Source: Piromyces finnis finn
Lineage: Eukaryota > Fungi > Neocallimastigomycota
Length of the DNA: 64,000 nucleotides
NCBI GenBank assembly: GCA_002104945.1
Contig: MCFH01000055.1
Location: 310,001-374,000, forward strand
Reading direction: 5' to 3'
Part shown: positions 58,401 to 64,000 of the stretch, in pieces
Layout: every line of letters begins with the position of its first letter
Position numbering within the stretch: the first letter of the stretch is position 1
Notes under the pieces: generated by a model
The model's input: the letters and a program-made list of their open reading frames with translations, nothing else
Database searches by the model: none
Told to the model about the DNA's origin: nothing
Translations under genes and position numbers: made by a program

Positions 58401-58936
58401 TTATAGTTATAACAAGATAATAATTATAATGAAATATTTGATTGAAACTTTTTTATAACAGGACTATAATCATTAAAAACTATCTTATTAAAATGTTTTT
58501 TTTTTAAATATAATTATAAAACTTTAATAACAAATTTAAATTTAAAATATTTATATTATCCAATAATATTAATTTATTTTATATTGATTTATACTATATC
58601 TTTTATATCTTTTTTTTTTTTTTTTTTAAAGCTTTATAATATTCCTTTGTAATTAAAAGGTACTATAATAATATTATAATGATTCAATTCTTTTAACTAT
58701 GCAAGAATATATTATTGTATTTTAATAAACTTTTTAAAATACACTACAAAATTACTATAAAATTAGTATATGTATTAATACAATATTTATATATTGATTT
58801 AATAAACATTTTTTTTAAACTAAAATTAATTTATTTTTTATTAAAACTTTAATTTTCAAAAAAAAAAAAATAAAATATAATTTATAATGTTATATATGTT
58901 ATATATATAAACATATATATAAATCGAGTATTTTTA

Positions 58937-59119
58937 CCAATCACATATATTTAAATAGCATTCATATATATAACAGAATATAATCATTATCCAATCATCA
59001 ATATATAAATATATTGTGTAACAACTACTAATATAAAATTTATAAATTAAAAATTTAAAAAATATTAGTGGCTTAATAATACTATTTTAATTGATTATTG
59101 TATTTTTTAAAGCCAATCA
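58937..59119 (+). promoter_or_regulatory. Cluster of three CCAAT boxes upstream of eIF5A
   Basis: CCAATCA at 58937, 58991 and 59113. A probable 5'-UTR intron (CAAAG|GTAAAT ~59246 to AATAG| 59417) follows. Confidence 0.55.
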
Positions 59120-59424
59120 TTAATTAGATCTAAAAGCCAGTTCAATTTTGAAAAAAAAAAAATTAGAATAGTAAATACTATATAAATTTCAAAATTTCTT
59201 TAAAATTTAATCCCCACACATAATTTTATATTATTAAATCAAAGGTAAATTTCAAAAATAAATAAAAATAGTTTTTTAAGTATTAGTAAAAAATAAATGA
59301 AAATTTAGAGTGTTAAAGAAATATTTAATAGTTTGAAGTATTGTTAAGATTAAAAAAAAAAAAAAAAGAAGGCAATTGAATCTAATGAAATTATTAAATT
59401 AATAATTTATGAAATAGAATTAAA

Positions 59425-59982
59425 ATGGCTGAAGAACACGATCACACCTTCGAAGAAGCCGATGGTAATATTTAATTAAGCAATTAAAAAATATATGTAA
59501 AAGAAAATAATAAAATATTAATTGTAAAAATTTAATAAAATAAAATAGCCGGAGCTTCCCTTACCTACCCACTCCAATGTTCCGCTCTCCGTAAGAACGG
59601 TTTCGTTTTACTTAAGGGTCGTCCATGCAAGATCGTTGATATGTCTACCTCTAAGACTGGTAAGCACGGTCACGCTAAGGTTAACTTAGTTGGTATTGAT
59701 ATCTTCACTGGTAAGAAGTACGAAGATATGTCTCCATCTACCCACAACATGGAAGTTCCAAACGTCAGACGTACTGAATACACTCTTTTAGATATTGATG
59801 ACGGTTACCTCAGTCTTATGACTTCCGATGGTGATACTAAGGATGATATCAGAAAGCCAGCTGATCCACTTGGTGCTGAAATCGAAGCTGCTTTCGAAGA
59901 AGGTAAGGAAATCATCGTTACCATCATCCAAGCTATGGACGAAGAAGCTTGTATTGCCTGGAAGGAAGCCCCACAATCCTAA
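59425..59982 (+). CDS. EIF5A: Translation factor eIF5A, 2 coding exons
   Basis: [13 protein letters not shown]|[45 protein letters not shown] (hypusine motif). Exons 59425-59464 and 59549-59982. Confidence 0.98.
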
Positions 59983-60406
59983 GCGATTTAATAAAATTAT
60001 CTTTATCGAAGTATTAAGGTAAAAATTCCCTTGATACAGAATAAAATTCTTAACAAGAAAACCAAAATCATATTTATAAATTCATAGAAAAGTTAATTCA
60101 AAATAAAAAAGCAAATATAAAAATAATATTAAATTGTTATTATAAAATATTTAAATAATATAATATAAAAATGATTTAATAAATAAAAAAAATAGAAAAT
60201 TCAAAAAAGAATAATGTCGTTTTTATGAAAGTGTTTATATATATTAGTGTAAATCTTAATACTTGTGAATAAGAATATTTTTAGTAAATATATGATTTAA
60301 TTTAAAAGTATAAATTATGACGTGTTTATTAATTTTTATGGTTAATGAAAAAAAAATGTAAATTTAAAAATGCTTTATATATTTTTAAATAATTATATTA
60401 TCAAAA

Positions 60407-60489
60407 GCCGGGATGGCCGAGTTGGTCTAAGGCGGCGCACTCAAGATGCGTTTTCGAAAGAAGCGCGAGTTCGAATCTCGCTTCCGGCA
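60407..60489 (+). tRNA. tRNA-Leu(CAA), intronless, long variable arm
   Basis: Acceptor stem GCCGGGA/TTCCGGC plus discriminator A; D-arm GCCGAGTTGGTCTAAGGC; anticodon stem GCGCA/TGCGT with loop CT-CAA-GA; variable arm TTC-GAAA-GAA; T-arm GCGAG-TTCGAAT-CTCGC; T-run downstream. Confidence 0.96.
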
Positions 60490-60524
60490 AATTTAATTTT
60501 ATTAAAGTATTGGTCTTTTTCATT

Positions 60525-61005
60525 CCCTCTTGGGAACGTGCCTTCATTTATTTAATAAATGTAATTTCTCAAGGGGGTCTACTCATGCTCATGGTACTGA
60601 GAGAGTAGAAAGAATTAAATCCAAGTATTGCGCAATGGATGCTTGGTGCCCTCTTAGGAATGTGCCTTCATTTATTTAATAAATGTAATTTCTCAAGGGG
60701 GTCTACTCATGCCCCTCTTGGGAACGTGCCTTCATTTATTTAATAAATGTAGTTTCTCAAGGGGGTCTACTCATGCTCATGGTACTGAGAGAGTAGAAAG
60801 AATTAAATCCAAGTATTGCGCAATGGATGCTTGGTGCCCTCTTAGGAATGTGCCTTCATTTATTTAATAAATGTAATTTCTCAAGGGGGTCTACTCATGC
60901 TCATGGTACTGAGAGAGTAGAAAGAATTAAATCCAAGCATTGCGCAATGGATGCTTGGTTAGTCTTCAAGGGAAAATTATTAGGACTAAGCTCATGGTAC
61001 TGAGC
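60525..61005 (+). repeat. Modular tandem array A-B-A'-A-B-A'-B-C (63-bp A and 61-bp B modules)
   Basis: A modules 60525-60587, 60649-60711, 60713-60775, 60837-60899; B modules 60588-60648, 60776-60836, 60900-60959. A final GCTCATGGTACTGAGC lies at 60990-61005. Copies are nearly identical. Confidence 0.95.
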
Positions 61006-61604
61006 GATTAAAAAACATTTTATTCATCAAATTTAAGTATTTGATGAATAAGTGAATGTTTGATTTTTCAGGTAAGTTTGTATAGTATTTAATTAGAAGA
61101 GTAATACATTTTGTTGCTGTATTTTTTCTTTTATTCATGTATTCATGTAGTACTACTCTTCTCTTGTAAGAATCCAATGTAGTCAACTTTAGCATTTGCA
61201 TTGTACTTTTATATTCATGTAGCTATTGTTGTATTGTTTCTTGTAAGAGACTGATTCACTCTACATCATGTAAAAATACTATTCACAAGCTTTCTGGTGT
61301 CGACATTCTTGATTCAAATTTTTTACCAATTTAAATATTTAATGAAAAGTAAAGTCAAACAAGTTTAGTGTCAAAAAGCGATTCGAATTTACTAACAACA
61401 AACCAAAACTAGAATTTTTAAAGAAAATTTACAACTAGAATTCAAAAAATAAGAAACTTTAAACAAAGCATCGTAACAATTTTTGTACTATCCAGTACTT
61501 TTAAGAAGAGAGAGAGAGACAGATTTTTTTCCATATACGTTATATTTGTAATTTTTATTAGTATTTATTTTATATTCAATATTTTTTAATTAGAATTTAT
61601 TATC

Positions 61605-64000
61605 ATGTCAGTCCTTTATATTAAAGATAAGAATTATATCAGACGTGGTACCCGGTCTTATGGTATCCCCTTAGATGATATTCGCTCCTTCTTTATCCGT
61701 GGTATTCGATCATGGTCAGTAAATATGCTATGGGAAAAACTCGAGGTTATTCTAGAAGATAAATTTAATTCAGTTATTAGTGTTAAATATTTTCAAACTT
61801 TCAATGATCACTTTTTCTTAGTCAAGGTTCATGGTTCATCAAAAGATTGTATTAAAATCTTACACATGTTAAAGAAGAAACTTTCAGTTACCTCAATTTC
61901 CTTTTCAGCTCGTAGTAGAAGGAATCACAAATACACTTTTTCCACTCTCAAACGTAAAATTTTAGTTTCTAATAAACATCAACATTCTATTCAACAATCA
62001 TTTCAACAATCAGTTCAACAATCAGTTCAACAATCTCATCAACAATCCGATCTTCAACGAGATCTTCAACAGGATCTTCAACAAGTTTCCCATCATGAAA
62101 ATATTCCAGATCTACAGCAAACACAATTTCAATCTCAACATTCAACAATTAATTCTAATAGTTCTATCAACTCTGATAACAGTTCAATAGTTGATAGTTC
62201 TTCAGTTTCACAGCCATCTAGTAATAGTTCTACTTATTCCTCTGATGCATCATCCATTAATAACGATGACTTTAATAATAATAATAATAGCAACGATTCT
62301 TCCTCATCCAACAAGCCTGATAACTTTTCTTTTTGTCTTAGTTGGAACACCAATGGGTGGAATCATGAAAAGAGAGATAGTATTAGCTATTTCACAGCTA
62401 TTTTCAAACCATTATTCTTATGTTTCCAAGAAACTGGTAATGGTTCTGGATCGAATACAGATTATCCTTGTCGTGTTACTTTGCGAAACTATAGACACTT
62501 TTTCAAGAAAGCTGACGAATCAGTTCCGGGAATGAGAGGTTTATATTTAGGTTTTCACAATTCGTGTCAAGCCTCACTTGAAAACTTCTCTGGAAAGTAT
62601 ATTATTTCTATTTATACTTTTAGTCTCTGGAATAGATTCAAATGCTCGATTGGAAATGTTTATATGCCTCATAGTCATCACAACATCTATGTTGATCATG
62701 CAAAGTTAGAAGTTCGCTTGTGGTTACAAACTCATTCATCCCATCCATCGATTCTTGTTGGTGATTTTAATATGTCTAAAGTAAAATTATCCAACTGGTT
62801 ATCAACTAATGGATTAGGAGATTGGGAAATTCTTCCGCTTAGAGGGTCTACTATCTCTTGGACTCGAGGTGAACAATCTTCCGACATTGACCATGCTCTT
62901 ATCAATTCGAAGATGAAAGATCTTATTCACTCAGGATCATTTATAAATAATTTTTATCCTGTATCAGACCATAAGCCACTTCTTATTAATGGTAAAATTA
63001 TTCCTATGGAAGATTTTTCTAATGACTTTAACGTTCCTAAGAAAATTCTGAAATGGAATAGATTAAAATGTATTGAGGAAAAGGAATCTATTCTCAGTCA
63101 TAATAAATTCCAAATACTTTCAGCAAAATTCAACGATCCTAATGTTTCTACAGATGATCTTTCCAAAGAATTTACTTCAACTGCTTTTTCAATTGCAGAC
63201 GAGCTCAGTATTACCTCAGCAAATAATGTTATAAAGTCTTCATTTCATATTTCACAACAAATTTTTAATCTCCAAAAAATCAAAATGAAGTTGTATAAGA
63301 GATTTAAAAAAGAAAGAATTTATGATATAGATGAATTTATTAAAAGAATTAAAATCTACCGTAAGCTCATTGATTACATCCACAAAAGATGTAATGAATT
63401 TAGGAAACAAGAATATCTTCATTGGATTAAAACAGGATGTGAGTATATGAAGAGTCATAATCCTAAGAAGGCCTGGAAATGGATCAAGAAAACTGCAAAA
63501 ATTGGAAAAGATTCTTTCTTTATTGCTCAACCAATTAAAAATAAAAATGGAGAGTTAGTTGTTGCTACGGAAGAACAACTAGATGTGTGGCATGATCATT
63601 TCGAAAATCTTGCATCAGATCCAAGTGGCGTAAGTCTTGATTTGGAGCATTGGTATGAAGAACCAACGAATAAACGTTTTTCACTCCCTATGCTTGATGA
63701 ATGGGATATCAACCAAGATATTAGTATTGATGAAGTCAAGTCAGCTATCCTCTCTACTCCGAATTATAAAGCATCAGGTCCGGATGGTATTCCAATTGAA
63801 TTTTACAAAGCATTAATTCCATCAAGTAATGATTCTAATAATGCTACAGATAATAATTCTTCCGGTAATACCACTTCAGATAATGATTCTTATGGTTTAA
63901 ATTTTATTCTTAAATTATACAACCGTATTTGGGATGGAGACTTCCCCAACTCATGGAATGAATCCAGTATTGTTTCTATTCCTAAGAAGGGAGATTTGAC
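61605..64000 (+). CDS. LINE polyprotein, partial: RRM-like N-terminus, Q/S/N linker, APE endonuclease, start of RT
   Basis: Translated codon by codon from ATG 61605 with no stop to 64000. APE motifs SWNTNG, FQET, GNVYMP, LVGDFN, DIDHAL, SDHKP; RT-proximal PKKAWKWI, WHDHFENL, KASGPDGIPIEFYK, WNESSIVSIPKKGD. Confidence 0.95.
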   Translation, partial: MSVLYIKDKNYIRRGTRSYGIPLDDIRSFFIRGIRSWSVNMLWEKLEVILEDKFNSVISVKYFQTFNDHFFLVKVHGSSKDCIKILHMLKKKLSVTSISFSARSRRNHKYTFSTLKRKILVSNKHQHSIQQSFQQSVQQSVQQSHQQSDLQRDLQQDLQQVSHHENIPDLQQTQFQSQHSTINSNSSINSDNSSIVDSSSVSQPSSNSSTYSSDASSINNDDFNNNNNSNDSSSSNKPDNFSFCLSWNTNGWNHEKRDSISYFTAIFKPLFLCFQETGNGSGSNTDYPCRVTLRNYRHFFKKADESVPGMRGLYLGFHNSCQASLENFSGKYIISIYTFSLWNRFKCSIGNVYMPHSHHNIYVDHAKLEVRLWLQTHSSHPSILVGDFNMSKVKLSNWLSTNGLGDWEILPLRGSTISWTRGEQSSDIDHALINSKMKDLIHSGSFINNFYPVSDHKPLLINGKIIPMEDFSNDFNVPKKILKWNRLKCIEEKESILSHNKFQILSAKFNDPNVSTDDLSKEFTSTAFSIADELSITSANNVIKSSFHISQQIFNLQKIKMKLYKRFKKERIYDIDEFIKRIKIYRKLIDYIHKRCNEFRKQEYLHWIKTGCEYMKSHNPKKAWKWIKKTAKIGKDSFFIAQPIKNKNGELVVATEEQLDVWHDHFENLASDPSGVSLDLEHWYEEPTNKRFSLPMLDEWDINQDISIDEVKSAILSTPNYKASGPDGIPIEFYKALIPSSNDSNNATDNNSSGNTTSDNDSYGLNFILKLYNRIWDGDFPNSWNESSIVSIPKKGDL

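Larger units (their letters stand above)
60525..64000 (+). mobile_element. APE-type non-LTR retrotransposon (LINE), 5' part; exact 5' boundary uncertain
   Basis: About 1.1 kb of structured leader followed by an uninterrupted endonuclease-RT ORF. That the array belongs to the element is inferred from adjacency. Confidence 0.85.

Noticed and set aside
55200-58900. 3.7-kb AT-rich intergenic region with imperfect palindromes (e.g. ~56578-56620)
   Set aside because: Such palindromes are expected at this base composition, and no coding or RNA signature was seen.
10818-60489. Apparent cluster of translation genes (LeuRS, RPS21, ArgRS, eIF5A, tRNA-Leu)
   Set aside because: They are spread over 50 kb among unrelated genes; there is no evidence beyond chance for housekeeping genes.
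60370-60555. 61-aa ORF overlapping the tRNA, and minus ORF 60992-61201
   Set aside because: The first is a read-through of the tRNA gene. The second has no recognisable motif and lies in the LINE leader, which contains degenerate direct repeats.
60596-60612. Hammerhead-like CTGAGAGAGTAGAAA
   Set aside because: It does not match CUGANGA, and the required three stems cannot be built around it; the reverse strand has no CTGA.
60525-61005. CRISPR-like appearance of the repeat array
   Set aside because: The sequences between repeats are themselves repeated (no unique spacers), the context is eukaryotic and no cas genes are present.

Overview
Extremely AT-rich, intron-rich eukaryotic DNA, most likely from an anaerobic gut fungus (Neocallimastigomycota). 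This is inferred from base composition, short AT-rich introns and the fungal PurK-PurE ADE2 fusion, and is not proven. Most of the ORF track is exon fragments or AT-rich noise, so I rebuilt genes by hand from splice sites and protein motifs. Left to right: the 5' part of an intact Ty1/copia retrotransposon (minus, runs off the left edge), ADE2, DHX35, cytosolic LeuRS, CHMP7, YPI1/PPP1R11, an ankyrin-RCC1-BTB (IBTK-like) gene, PEX12, RPS21, a divergent F1-ATPase delta subunit, CstF-64/RNA15, ArgRS with an N-terminal GST-like domain, a Myb/SANT-like plus Asn-rich orphan, PRP3, an Integrator subunit 8 homologue, a coiled-coil orphan, eIF5A, tRNA-Leu(CAA), and an intact single-ORF APE-type non-LTR retrotransposon whose leader begins 35 bp after the tRNA (runs off the right edge). 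Best leads: (1) the tRNA-adjacent LINE with a modular, hairpin-rich tandem 5' array; (2) an AT-AC intron with a non-U12 donor in CstF-64; (3) a copia primer-binding site complementary to the anticodon arm of tRNA-Lys(CUU), implying half-tRNA priming; (4) a fungal INTS8; (5) an F1 delta that has lost its conserved c-ring-side motif; (6) the GST-ArgRS fusion. All family assignments are from remembered motifs; no database search was run.
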